DNA from: Pseudomonadota bacterium
Lineage (GTDB): Bacteria; Myxococcota; JACRCW01; JAFGSX01
NCBI GenBank assembly: GCA_043821645.1
Contig: JBDRCO010000070.1
Coordinates: 1-64,000 of the forward strand
DNA length: 64,000 bases
Direction: 5' to 3'
Shown: positions 28,704-38,270 of the stretch, piece after piece
Layout: each line of letters opens with the position of its first letter
How positions within the stretch are numbered: the first letter of the stretch is position 1
Notes under the pieces: model-generated
Database searches by the model: none
The model's input: only the letters and a program-made list of their open reading frames with translations
What the model was told of the DNA's origin: nothing
Made by a program: the position numbers and the translations under genes

Positions 28704-30938
28704 CTACAATCCCAGACGTTGCCTCAGCTTGCCCTCGACGAAGGTGACACTGAACACCATGCATATGTTGTCCGGCTGGCGGCCTCCGGCCTCCTGGACG
28801 GCAACCAGTGCGCGCTCGCTGTTGCCGATCTCGCCCAGGCGTTCGAGAGCACGCTTTCGCTCGGCACAGGTTCGTCCGGTCTTGAGCTGCTGGATGAGCT
28901 TGGCCTCGCCCTCGTCAGACGGAGTTGTCGGCTCCACGACGGTCCGCGGCTCCTTGTCCTTCTTGTCGTCTCTGGCCCGGGGACGTCGAAACGCGGGATG
29001 CTTTTTGCTCGCGCTTCGATCTCCCTTCGCTCGCGCCTTGGCCGTGTCGACGGGACGACCGGGCTTGCGGTCCGTGGACGTTTCTGGAGCTAGCTCGGGC
29101 TCCACCAGCGGCGGAAGAACAACCGCCAGGTCTGCCGTGCCACGCGCATCCCCGACAGACGATTCTGCGTATACGAGATCCTGAACCGCTCCAGAGGCCA
29201 CGCGGCTCCTGTCCCCCGCGGAAGGAGGCTCGAGGCGCGCACCAGGCTGCGTGGCAATGATGTGCTCGCTCGGTGCGGGTGTTCTGTCATCGGGAACGGC
29301 CTCGACGCGGGTCGCCAAACCGGGGATCCCGCCCGACCGGTCCGGGCTGGACGGCCACAACAGGGCCAGCAACACGATGGCTAGCACCCCGTACGCGAGC
29401 AGCGCGCCCGGAGAGCGCAGCCGCTCCGGATGCCTGCCGAGATCGCGGATCCACTCCGTGACCCTCGCCGGCCAGACGCGGAGCCTGCCCCAGTTCACGC
29501 CACGCAGCACACGCCAGCTGTGGGCCATGCTCTGCTTGCCAAGGTCCACACCCGTAGACGCAGCCAGCTTTCCGTACTCCAGCCCGGTGGCTGTCGCCTG
29601 CCTGCTGACCTCGTAGGCACGGCTCACCAGGGGCCCGGCCAGTTCGCCCGCACGACGGCTCGCCTCGAGGCTGGCCTGCCTGGCCAGCTTTAGGCGCTGT
29701 GCCCAGATCTCACCAAAGCTTCGTGATCCCGCAGGCGTGTTCAGGAGTTCGTCGACGCTCGCGGGGATCTCGGTGCCGGCATTCACTTCGCTGTCCTGGA
29801 CGGGCTCGATCATCAGGATGGCGCTGGCCCAGGGCAGTTCGTCCGCATGGTCCAGCCCGTCGGGTAGCGAGCCGTCGAGCTGCATCACCGCCGAGCACTC
29901 GACCAGCATCTGGCTGGACTCGGGGTCCTCGCTGGGCCTGCGGAAGAGCTCGTCAAGATCCGGCTCTTCGCCCTCGATCCCGGCGAGCTGGTGCATGAAG
30001 GCGGCCTGCTTGTGAAAGCGGTCACCAGCGACGCGCTGCAGGAAGCGGGTGATGGGCTCGCGCCCGTCGCCGAATTCCTCCGGAAGCATCTGCTGCAGAG
30101 CCGTCGCGAGCTGGCTGGCACTGGCGTAGCGCTGGTCGGGTTCCAGGGCCAAAGCCTTGAGCAGCACGTGTTCCACGGGTCTGGGGAAATTGCCGATCAC
30201 CTGGCTCGGCGGGACGATGTCGCCGCGCAGGATGGCCTCGACAAACTCGGTCATGCCACTCGCGGCGATGGGGTCGCGGCCGACCATGAGTTTGTAGAGC
30301 ACGACACCCAGCTGGTAGATGTCGGTGTGTGGTCCTATCCAGCCCGAGGTCACCTGCTCTGGCGCCAGGTAGGCCAGGGTCCCCTTGACCTGTCCCACAC
30401 TGGTCTCGGCCAGCCGTCCCACGGCCTTGGCCATGCCGAAATCCACGACCCGGACCTGCCCATCGTAGGTCAGCATGACGTTGTTCAAGGTCACGTCGCG
30501 GTGGATGATCGGAGACGGCAGACCTGCCCTGTCGAGACAGGTATGTGCGTGGTCCAGGGCGCCGGCCACCTCGGCTCCAACATGAAGCGCTGCGGCCAGT
30601 GGGAACACGAGCTTGCGCTTCACGCACAGCTGTCCGACAGAGGTGAGCGACTCACCCCACACATGTTCGAGGGCGATGAAGTAACGATCCTGTGCCTTGC
30701 CGAAGTCCAGCGAACGAATGATGTTGGGGTGATCGAGCCGACCCAGGATGGCTTCCTCGTCGACGAACATCTTGACCAGTTCCGGATCGTTCTGGGCCTC
30801 TGCACGCAGCAGCTTGAGGACGACCAGGAGTTGTGCGGCATCGGGCTTGCTGGGTCGGGCGAGATAGATCTCGGACATCTTGCTGATCGCGAGTCGATGC
30901 AACAGGACGTAGTGGCCAAAAAGAGTCGGTTGCATCAC
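28704..30938 (-). CDS. Single-pass Ser/Thr protein kinase with degenerate Gly-rich loop
   Basis: VLKLL, MFVDEE, HRDVTLNN, VDFGMAK, KGTLAYLAPE; TM LLAYGVLAIVLLALLW; low-complexity extracytoplasmic tail. Confidence 0.9.
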   Translation of the reverse strand: MMQPTLFGHYVLLHRLAISKMSEIYLARPSKPDAAQLLVVLKLLRAEAQNDPELVKMFVDEEAILGRLDHPNIIRSLDFGKAQDRYFIALEHVWGESLTSVGQLCVKRKLVFPLAAALHVGAEVAGALDHAHTCLDRAGLPSPIIHRDVTLNNVMLTYDGQVRVVDFGMAKAVGRLAETSVGQVKGTLAYLAPEQVTSGWIGPHTDIYQLGVVLYKLMVGRDPIAASGMTEFVEAILRGDIVPPSQVIGNFPRPVEHVLLKALALEPDQRYASASQLATALQQMLPEEFGDGREPITRFLQRVAGDRFHKQAAFMHQLAGIEGEEPDLDELFRRPSEDPESSQMLVECSAVMQLDGSLPDGLDHADELPWASAILMIEPVQDSEVNAGTEIPASVDELLNTPAGSRSFGEIWAQRLKLARQASLEASRRAGELAGPLVSRAYEVSRQATATGLEYGKLAASTGVDLGKQSMAHSWRVLRGVNWGRLRVWPARVTEWIRDLGRHPERLRSPGALLAYGVLAIVLLALLWPSSPDRSGGIPGLATRVEAVPDDRTPAPSEHIIATQPGARLEPPSAGDRSRVASGAVQDLVYAESSVGDARGTADLAVVLPPLVEPELAPETSTDRKPGRPVDTAKARAKGDRSASKKHPAFRRPRARDDKKDKEPRTVVEPTTPSDEGEAKLIQQLKTGRTCAERKRALERLGEIGNSERALVAVQEAGGRQPDNICMVFSVTFVEGKLRQRLGL

Positions 30939-31033
30939 CGCCCGCCCGGATTCGTCGACACCCGAGCGTCAGGATACCCCACAGTCCTCACCCGCGACCA
31001 CAGAAGGGAGCCGAGCAGGCAAGGGCGCTGCGT

Positions 31034-32314
31034 TCAGCTATCGCTCGCGAACGTCGACAAAAAAGCGTTGAGGTCGATCGTGCGCGCGGATCCCGTTGGC
31101 TTTGCCTGGGCATCCAGGTGCTGATACTGCACCTTGCCGGCGCCGGTCTCGAGGATGGTCACCGCGAGCCTGAACAGCGACTGCTCCACGGGCAGGAACA
31201 TCTCGAGGAACTCGCCCCGCGGCAGCACCCGCGGCGCACCGAAGCGCTTGCCCTGGCGGTTCAGTGACACATAGCGAATCTCCTGGCCGTCGTCGTGGAT
31301 GACCTGGATTCGCATGCTCCAGGTGGTTCCGCTGGACGGGATCTCCTCCCTGGAGCTGTTCACCGGCGTGGCGTGCCTTGCGCGGGGTGGCGGTGCCACT
31401 CCCAGGACATCTTCGATCAGGGCAGCAGGTCCCGCGAACTCGCCAAGGGTGATGCGCCCTTGCCACACAACCTGACCGCCCCGGGCCACACTGGCATCCA
31501 GATCCGCTCCTTCGTGGTGGCGGAGATCGAGCCGCACGCGATCCTGCCCCTGGCTCCACTCCCCGCGCAGGACCACGCCCGGGGCAATCAGGAAGCGAGG
31601 TCCAAGAGCATCGAACAGCTGACCCAGGGTGAGGATCCCCGCGGGTGGCGCGCACTCTGTCAGCGGGGCGTCCGGGACCTCGTCGGAAAGAACCTCGACC
31701 CCGAGGGGTGTACCCTGGGCGTGCGCGTGCAGCGCGTGGGCTGCGTAGGGCGCGAGACCGGCCTGCAAATCCTCGGCTCCGGGGTACTCTGCGAGAACGA
31801 TGGGGACATCGCCCATGGCAACGACCGCGCCATCGGGCAGTTCCAGCACGGTCGCGATCAGGCGTTGCTCGTCGGCTTCCAGTACCACAAGACCCGTTCC
31901 CGGGACGGCGACCCGCGCCACCACGACCGCTCGGTCGTCGTCGAGGTCCGCGGCGAGCCCGAAGGCCGCCAGACAGTCTCGCTGCTGCAACAGACCGGCG
32001 TAGCGTCGCTTGAGCTGCTCGGCGATGCGGGCGAGCAGCAGCGAGACCTGGTCAAACTCGTAGAACTGCACTGGGGGGAGCACCTGCAGCACCGGTGGAG
32101 CCGTCAGCCGGATGGCATTGCTGCCCACCACCTCGAACTCGATGTGACGCTGCGCAACCGCGGTGCGCGGATGACGGACGATCCCTTCGGTATCCTCGAT
32201 AGCACCGCGGAGGTGAGCTCCGTTGTCGACGATCTCGCCATGGACACCGATGGCCTCGAGTTTGCGCTGGACCAGCTCAAGCAGCCGCGCCTTGGGAATG
32301 AAGTGTTCAGACAA
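31034..32314 (-). CDS. Hypothetical protein with a C-terminal tandem ~40-aa repeat
   Basis: Natural composition, RBS GAGGAGG upstream; two similar C-terminal units ending in F-L-x-x-F. Confidence 0.75.
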   Translation of the reverse strand: MSEHFIPKARLLELVQRKLEAIGVHGEIVDNGAHLRGAIEDTEGIVRHPRTAVAQRHIEFEVVGSNAIRLTAPPVLQVLPPVQFYEFDQVSLLLARIAEQLKRRYAGLLQQRDCLAAFGLAADLDDDRAVVVARVAVPGTGLVVLEADEQRLIATVLELPDGAVVAMGDVPIVLAEYPGAEDLQAGLAPYAAHALHAHAQGTPLGVEVLSDEVPDAPLTECAPPAGILTLGQLFDALGPRFLIAPGVVLRGEWSQGQDRVRLDLRHHEGADLDASVARGGQVVWQGRITLGEFAGPAALIEDVLGVAPPPRARHATPVNSSREEIPSSGTTWSMRIQVIHDDGQEIRYVSLNRQGKRFGAPRVLPRGEFLEMFLPVEQSLFRLAVTILETGAGKVQYQHLDAQAKPTGSARTIDLNAFLSTFASDS

Positions 32315-32347
32315 GCTCGGAACCTCCTCGCCGGAGTGATGCTCCTG

Positions 32348-33226
32348 TCAGCCGGTCGCCACCGCCGGGCGATCCGTCACCAGCAATAGGACCGCCCCGG
32401 CGATGAGCGCGTAGCCGGCGGCACCGTGCCGTGTCAGGGGTTCGGCCCATACCCACCAGGCCACCAGCCCCGCCAGGGGAGGCTCGACCAGGGTCGCCAG
32501 GGCCGCCTGACCTGCGGAAATGTACCGCAATGCGCTGTTGATTGCCGTATGACCGATCAGGGTGGGAATGGCAGCCATGAGCGCAAAGCACAGCCAGTTG
32601 CGGGCTCCGTGATCGAAGACCGGTTGCCCCACCATGACGAGGAGAACTGCCGCACTCACCCCTGCCACCGCGTACACCACTGTCACGTACAGGATATTGG
32701 GGACCTCGCCGCGTAGGCGTCGCCCGAGCAGCAGATACGCTGAGAACAGCACCATGGACAGCACCGCCATGGCATCCCCCGCTGCGTGGGACGGGTCCAG
32801 CCTCAGATCGCCGCCGCCGATGGCAACCACCCCGCTGAACCCGAGAAGCACGGCGACCACAAAGCGCGGGCGAGGCTTCTCGCCGAGAAACAGCAGCGCA
32901 CCGAAAGCCGTGACGACGGGACCAAGTGCCAGCACGCTGGTCGCGTTGGCCACGGTGGTCCACTGGATCGCAGCGGTCCAGGTCGTCAGATGCGCAGCCA
33001 GAACCACGCCCGTCAGGACCAGCAAGGCCCGCTCGTGGCCCGGGCGCGTGGCCAGAACCTGGCGGTGCGGGACCGCGAAAGGCGCCAGCACCAGGCTGGC
33101 CAGGATCAGGCGCCAGGCGGCAATGGCGAGCGGGTGCGCGTCGCCGATGCGGATCAAATTCCCTGACTGGCTCGCGGCCACCAGGCCCACGGCAAGAAAG
33201 ATCAGGATCCGAGGAGGAATGCCCAT
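32348..33226 (-). CDS. DMT/EamA-family transporter
   Basis: About 10 TM in two repeats; AIAAWRL, FLGEK, GHTAINSALRY, EPPLA. Confidence 0.92.
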   Translation of the reverse strand: MGIPPRILIFLAVGLVAASQSGNLIRIGDAHPLAIAAWRLILASLVLAPFAVPHRQVLATRPGHERALLVLTGVVLAAHLTTWTAAIQWTTVANATSVLALGPVVTAFGALLFLGEKPRPRFVVAVLLGFSGVVAIGGGDLRLDPSHAAGDAMAVLSMVLFSAYLLLGRRLRGEVPNILYVTVVYAVAGVSAAVLLVMVGQPVFDHGARNWLCFALMAAIPTLIGHTAINSALRYISAGQAALATLVEPPLAGLVAWWVWAEPLTRHGAAGYALIAGAVLLLVTDRPAVATG

Positions 33227-33252
33227 GGTCAGGGCTTGTCGTCAGCAGAGGC

Positions 33253-33810
33253 TCAGCGCTGGCCGCGCATCTCCTCGAAGGCGACGGTGCTGGCCACCAT
33301 CGAGAAGGGGCCGGTGAGAAGCACGCCGACCACCACCACGCCGCCGATGCTGTTGAGGATACCGAGCAGAACCATGACCAGGATGACGAGCAGGATGTTG
33401 TTCTTGACCAGTTCGAACGAGCCCTTGAGCGCGTCGCCCACGTTGGCGTCGTCATAGGCGATGAGATGAAAGGCGTAGCTGAAGATCACGGCCACGGCGA
33501 TTCCTGGCAAGACCAGCAAGAGGCTGCCGATGCCCACACCGATGGCGATGAGAATGGCCGCGATCAAGGAGGGGATCAGCGCCGACATGCCGCCAAACAC
33601 ATCTCCCGCTCCCACCTCCTCACCGCGCATGCGGTTTCGCGTGAGGCGAATGAAACCGACCATCAGTGGGGCCGCCAGGATGCCAAGGCTGACCGTTCCC
33701 ACCACACCGACGATCAGGCTGGCCACGATGTACAGCACGGGGTCCTTCTTGAAGACCTCCCAGCTGCGCGTGAAGATGCTCTGGATCGCCACCTCGGGTC
33801 CCGTGGTCAT
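33253..33810 (-). CDS. Integral membrane protein (DUF975 / GDPD membrane-domain-like)
   Basis: 4-5 TM; LLVLPGI, DALKGSFELVK; start overlaps the acylase stop (ATGA). Confidence 0.75.
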   Translation of the reverse strand: MTTGPEVAIQSIFTRSWEVFKKDPVLYIVASLIVGVVGTVSLGILAAPLMVGFIRLTRNRMRGEEVGAGDVFGGMSALIPSLIAAILIAIGVGIGSLLLVLPGIAVAVIFSYAFHLIAYDDANVGDALKGSFELVKNNILLVILVMVLLGILNSIGGVVVVGVLLTGPFSMVASTVAFEEMRGQR

Positions 33811-36326
33811 GGTTGGTCTCCACTGTCGCGCTCACCCGGCGGGGAGAAGCGCGCGGTCTGCGAGGCCGGCAGCAACGCGATGCGTCCGGCAGCCCTGGCC
33901 TCGATGGTCTGTCGCGTCAGCGGCATCTCGAGCGCCGCGCCGCGAACGAAACGGCGCGCCATGTTGTCATAGTTGTCACTGGCTGCATAGCCGGCGTTGC
34001 CGGTGTCGAGGATCATGTGCACCCGTCGCGGTGCCGAGACCTCGACCACGGTGCGCATGCTCGCCCCGTGGACGACGGGTGTGCCCACCTCGCAGGCCAC
34101 GCAACTCCAGCACCCGGGAACCTCGTAGGGACCGATGTTGAGGAGAGAATCCAGCGGCCAGGCAATGCCAAGCGGGTGCTTGAAGGTCAGGGTATGGCGC
34201 CGACCCCAGGTCCAGGTCGCAACGTCCGGGCCCAGCTGGGCTCGCAGGAGTCGTTCGCTGCGCTCGACTGCCCTGCCTATCCAGGATCGTGGAGCGCCCA
34301 CCGCCCTCAGCAGGGGATGGTCGTCCCCACGCGCCACGGCCTCGAGGGCAGCGTCCAGCACCACGCTGGAGAAGGTGCTGTCGAGATAGCGCTCGAGGGT
34401 GGCGCCGCCGAGCAGCTCCTCGAAGCAGGCGCGCTTGAGGGCGTCGTAGACCGCATCGTACACGGTGGCCCCGACGCTGTGGCTGCCATGCCGGTGGTCC
34501 CAGCCCACCAGCACCTCCCGCATGTGAGCCTGTCGCTGCTGGCTTGATGTCGGCTTTCCGCTGTGCTCGACAGGCCACTGCGCCAGGATCGCAGCAAGGG
34601 TTCGCCGGGGCTGCACACTCTCGCTGTCGGTCCAGAAACGCCGGAGATCCGCGCCGCTGAGACGCGGCTTCGAAGCCAGCAGCTCGTGCAGACGCTGGGC
34701 CCGGTAGGGGTGAGAAGCGTAGGCACCCAGGGCTCCACCCCGTGGCTCGTCTCGCACGCGCTGGTTGGCGGCCACGATGACGCCTTCGGGGGGATTCAGC
34801 ACGAACGGAAGCTCGTCGTCACCCAGCCAGCCCTGCCACAGGTGCCGTCGCGTGCTTCCGTCCTGCAGCAGGCTGCCGTCGTGGTCGGGAGCCCGCCGCG
34901 GCACGGACCCGAGCAGAGCGTACGCGATGTCCCCCGACGTGGTCGCCAGGACCAGGTTCTGGAACACCAGACCCGCCCGCCTCAGCGCATGGCGCGCGGT
35001 CGCGACGTCCCGGGATCGGTACAACTCGAAGAAGCTTCGGATCAGGTGCGCGCTGTCCTCGTCGGTCGCGAAGCCAGCCCAGGCCAGGGCATGCGGTGCT
35101 GCCGCGTCCAGGCGATCCTCGCGCCCGGGGTTGAGGAGGGGACCGAACACCGTGGCCCGGTACTCGAGCGTCTCGACCTCGGGGTTCTCGCCGTGACCGA
35201 TCTGAAAGGACTGGTCCCAGCGCTGGTAGGGGGTGGCCACACCGTCGAGCAGGTAGCCATCAAGGGTACCTGGTGCGGGTACGATCCGGTACACGTCCTC
35301 GACGTCGACGTAGCTGGTGGTGAAACCCCAGGACAGGTCCGGCGTGCTGCCGATGAGGACCGCCGGAATCCCCGGGAAGGTATACCCGATGACATCGAAA
35401 TCCGGGGTCACCAGATGGGTCAGGTAGAACACGCCAGGAACCCTGTGCGGGAGGTGGGTGTCGTTCTCGAGCAGCGGTGAGCCCGTCATCGAACGCGCTG
35501 CGCTCACGACGTAGCTATTGGATGCGGCTCCCAGATCGAGCCCCAGACGCTCCCGGATTTCCCTTTGCAGACCGGTGAGGCTGAGCTGATCGACAGCCTC
35601 GGGAGGCAGGGTCGGGGATGGCACAGGGGCAGGCCCCGAGGCCGTGCCCTGCGCACGCGCCGAAGGGACGATGGGCACGCCCGCCGCCGGGATATCCGGG
35701 AGCAGGTCCTCGGCGCGCGGGCCCAGCACGTGCCGGAGCTCTGCGCGCAGCAGCTCCATCTCGTAGTCCATGGACAGGTCCCAGGACTGGAGCCGGGCGA
35801 TGGCCAGCACATCGCGGCGCTGCATGGGTGTGAACGCGGCGCCGAGCATGCGGTGCTCGAAGGTGGGCTGGTCCATGTCCTGCGCGGCCTCGTGCAGCCC
35901 CGCAAGGTAGGCATCGATGAGGGCGAGTTCGTCGTCACCGAGGGCCGCGACCGCCTCGTCCAGGCGATAGCTCAGGATGCGCAGGCGTCGATCCAGCGCC
36001 AGCAGGTCGCGCCCAAAAAGCTCGGCGAGCCGGCCGGTGGCAGCGCGCCGGATCAGGTCTACCTGGAACAGCCGCTCGCGGCCGTGCATGTAGCCCAGAC
36101 CCTGCACCACGTCGCGGGTGCTGTCGGCGAAGATGTGACTGACCCCATCGTGGTCGACGACGATGGCCACCGGAGCCTGGACCTTCGCCGGGCGATGCCA
36201 GGCCTGAGGATGGAGGGTCCGCGGGTGATGCACACGCAGCAGCAGACAGCCGCCGCCTGCGACCAGTGTTGCCATGAACACTGCTGCCAGCGCGCGTGCG
36301 GTGCGTGTTCTCGCCCGTCCTGCCAT
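33807..36326 (-). CDS. Penicillin/AHL acylase family (peptidase S45) Ntn-hydrolase
   Basis: DHDGVSHI, GYMHGRERLFQ, GRLAELFG, beta-chain start SNSYVVS, LLENDTHL, NPPEG...ANQR, WTWGRRH. Confidence 0.93.
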   Translation of the reverse strand: MAGRARTRTARALAAVFMATLVAGGGCLLLRVHHPRTLHPQAWHRPAKVQAPVAIVVDHDGVSHIFADSTRDVVQGLGYMHGRERLFQVDLIRRAATGRLAELFGRDLLALDRRLRILSYRLDEAVAALGDDELALIDAYLAGLHEAAQDMDQPTFEHRMLGAAFTPMQRRDVLAIARLQSWDLSMDYEMELLRAELRHVLGPRAEDLLPDIPAAGVPIVPSARAQGTASGPAPVPSPTLPPEAVDQLSLTGLQREIRERLGLDLGAASNSYVVSAARSMTGSPLLENDTHLPHRVPGVFYLTHLVTPDFDVIGYTFPGIPAVLIGSTPDLSWGFTTSYVDVEDVYRIVPAPGTLDGYLLDGVATPYQRWDQSFQIGHGENPEVETLEYRATVFGPLLNPGREDRLDAAAPHALAWAGFATDEDSAHLIRSFFELYRSRDVATARHALRRAGLVFQNLVLATTSGDIAYALLGSVPRRAPDHDGSLLQDGSTRRHLWQGWLGDDELPFVLNPPEGVIVAANQRVRDEPRGGALGAYASHPYRAQRLHELLASKPRLSGADLRRFWTDSESVQPRRTLAAILAQWPVEHSGKPTSSQQRQAHMREVLVGWDHRHGSHSVGATVYDAVYDALKRACFEELLGGATLERYLDSTFSSVVLDAALEAVARGDDHPLLRAVGAPRSWIGRAVERSERLLRAQLGPDVATWTWGRRHTLTFKHPLGIAWPLDSLLNIGPYEVPGCWSCVACEVGTPVVHGASMRTVVEVSAPRRVHMILDTGNAGYAASDNYDNMARRFVRGAALEMPLTRQTIEARAAGRIALLPASQTARFSPPGERDSGDQP

Positions 36327-36375
36327 CGAGACCTCCGCGACCTTCGAGGACGACGGCGGGGGGAGCCGTCCGCCG

Positions 36376-37080
36376 TCAGGTTCGCGAGCCGAGACCGGGC
36401 TGGAAGCGCTGCCTTGCCAGCTCCACGATGCGCTCCACCACCTGCTCGATGCTCAGGGCCGTGGTGTCGATACACACCGCGTCCGCAGCCTGCCGCAAGG
36501 GTGCATGAGTGCGATGGGAGTCGTTGCTATCGCGTTGATTCAGATCTTGAACCACGTCGCCGAGCGTGATCGAACGACCTGCTGCCTGCAATTCTGCGAG
36601 ACGGCGCCGCGCCCGTTCCTCGACCTCGGCGATCATGAAGATCTTCAAGCCGGCATCCGGAAACACCACAGTCCCGATGTCCCGGCCCTCGAGCACGGCG
36701 CCGCGGGGCCCATCCACGGCCAGACGCCGCTGCAGCGCGAGCAGGGCATCTCGCACCTCGGGCAAGGCAGACACCGCGCTGGCAGCCATGGCAATGGCCG
36801 GTGTGCGAATCGCCTGGCTCACGTCGTCGTCGCCGAGCAGGGCCCGCTGCTCCTCGGCCTCGTCGGGGACGAACTGCATGGTCAGCGTCGAGGCGAGGGC
36901 ACCCACGGCCGGCCCGTCGTCGAGCGCCAGCCCGCTTCTCTTCGCGGCCAGCGCCACGCAGCGATAGATGGCCCCGGTATCGACGTACACGAAGTCGAGC
37001 GCCGCAGCCACGGCGCGGGCCACGGTGCTCTTCCCGGAACCCGCGGGTCCGTCGATGGCCACGATGCACAGCGTGCTCAC
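36376..37080 (-). CDS. cmk: Cytidylate kinase
   Basis: IDGPAGSGKST, DTGAIYR, EGRDIGTVVFPDA, RD..DS.R..APL. Confidence 0.97.
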   Translation of the reverse strand: MSTLCIVAIDGPAGSGKSTVARAVAAALDFVYVDTGAIYRCVALAAKRSGLALDDGPAVGALASTLTMQFVPDEAEEQRALLGDDDVSQAIRTPAIAMAASAVSALPEVRDALLALQRRLAVDGPRGAVLEGRDIGTVVFPDAGLKIFMIAEVEERARRRLAELQAAGRSITLGDVVQDLNQRDSNDSHRTHAPLRQAADAVCIDTTALSIEQVVERIVELARQRFQPGLGSRT

Positions 37081-38198
37081 GCCCGGTGTGCTCCGACCGC
37101 TGCCAGGACCTCAGACAGCGCCGCCAGGAATCCCCGGTTCTGAGCCTCGGTCCCGACGGTGACGCGCAGGCAGTTCGGGAGCCCGTAGTTGGCCACGGGC
37201 CGGGTGATGAATCCCTTGTACATCAGAGCCTCATACAGAGGCTTCGCCTCGCGCTCGAAATCGAGCAGCAGGAAGTTGGCCTGGCTCGGGTACCACTTCA
37301 CGTCGATGGCGCTCAGACCGTCCTCGAGGAGGCCGCGACCGACCACGGTGGCCTCTCGAGTCTTTCGCACGTGCTCCTCGTCGTCGAGAGCCGCGATGGC
37401 GGCAGCCTGGGCCATGCGGTTGACGTTGAAGGGCGGCCGCACCCGATCCATGTAGTCGATGATCTCGCGGCTGGACACGCCGTAGCCAACCCGCAACCCG
37501 GCCAGACCATGAATCTTGGCGAAGGTGCGCATGACCACCAGGCGGTGCCGCAGCGGTGCGTAGCTCAGCCCGTCCGGCACGTAGGGGTCATCGATGTACT
37601 CGGCGTAGGCCTCGTCGAGCGCGATGATGACGTCGTCCCGGACCCGGGCCAAAAAGTGCTCGAACTCATGCGTCGAGAACACGCGGCCCGTGGGGTTGTT
37701 GGGGTTGGCCAGGAACACGACCTTGGTCTTCTTGTTGATGGCCCTGGCCACGGCGTCGAGGTCGTAGGTCAGATCCTCGCGCAACGGCACCGCGATCTCC
37801 TCGCGTCCATGGGCGATGCTGGCCAGGCGATAGATGATAAAGGAAGGGTCCGCGGTGATCACGTTCTCATCAGGTCCGACAAAGGTGCGGATGATGAACT
37901 CGATGATCTCGTTGGATCCGTTGCCGATGATGAGGTTGTGCGGCTCGACGTCGTGGGCGGAGAGGTGCTGAGCCAGACGCCTCTTGAGGGCGTAGCAGCC
38001 GCCATCCGGATACAGGTTCATCTCGGCGGCGGCCTGGTGCATGGCCTCGACCGCCAGTGGCGAGGGTCCGAAGGGATTCTCGTTGCTCGCAAGTTTGACA
38101 GGATTCTTGACGCCATACTCCCGCTCGGTCTCCTCGATGGGCTTGCCCGGCGGGTAGGGTCGCAAACGTTCGATGTTGGCAGTGACCAGCGTTTTCAT
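37077..38198 (-). CDS. hisC: Histidinol-phosphate aminotransferase
   Basis: PYPPGKP, KLASNENP, GNGSNE, NPNNPTG, DEAY, RTFAKIHGLAGLRVGY. Start at ATG 38198. Confidence 0.95.
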   Translation of the reverse strand: MKTLVTANIERLRPYPPGKPIEETEREYGVKNPVKLASNENPFGPSPLAVEAMHQAAAEMNLYPDGGCYALKRRLAQHLSAHDVEPHNLIIGNGSNEIIEFIIRTFVGPDENVITADPSFIIYRLASIAHGREEIAVPLREDLTYDLDAVARAINKKTKVVFLANPNNPTGRVFSTHEFEHFLARVRDDVIIALDEAYAEYIDDPYVPDGLSYAPLRHRLVVMRTFAKIHGLAGLRVGYGVSSREIIDYMDRVRPPFNVNRMAQAAAIAALDDEEHVRKTREATVVGRGLLEDGLSAIDVKWYPSQANFLLLDFEREAKPLYEALMYKGFITRPVANYGLPNCLRVTVGTEAQNRGFLAALSEVLAAVGAHRA

Positions 38199-38270
38199 GG
38201 CGTCAGGTCTCGTTCCTGGCGTGGCTCGGGGGGGGGCACCGGGTCGCTGCAACGCCCGGCGTTGTCGTCA

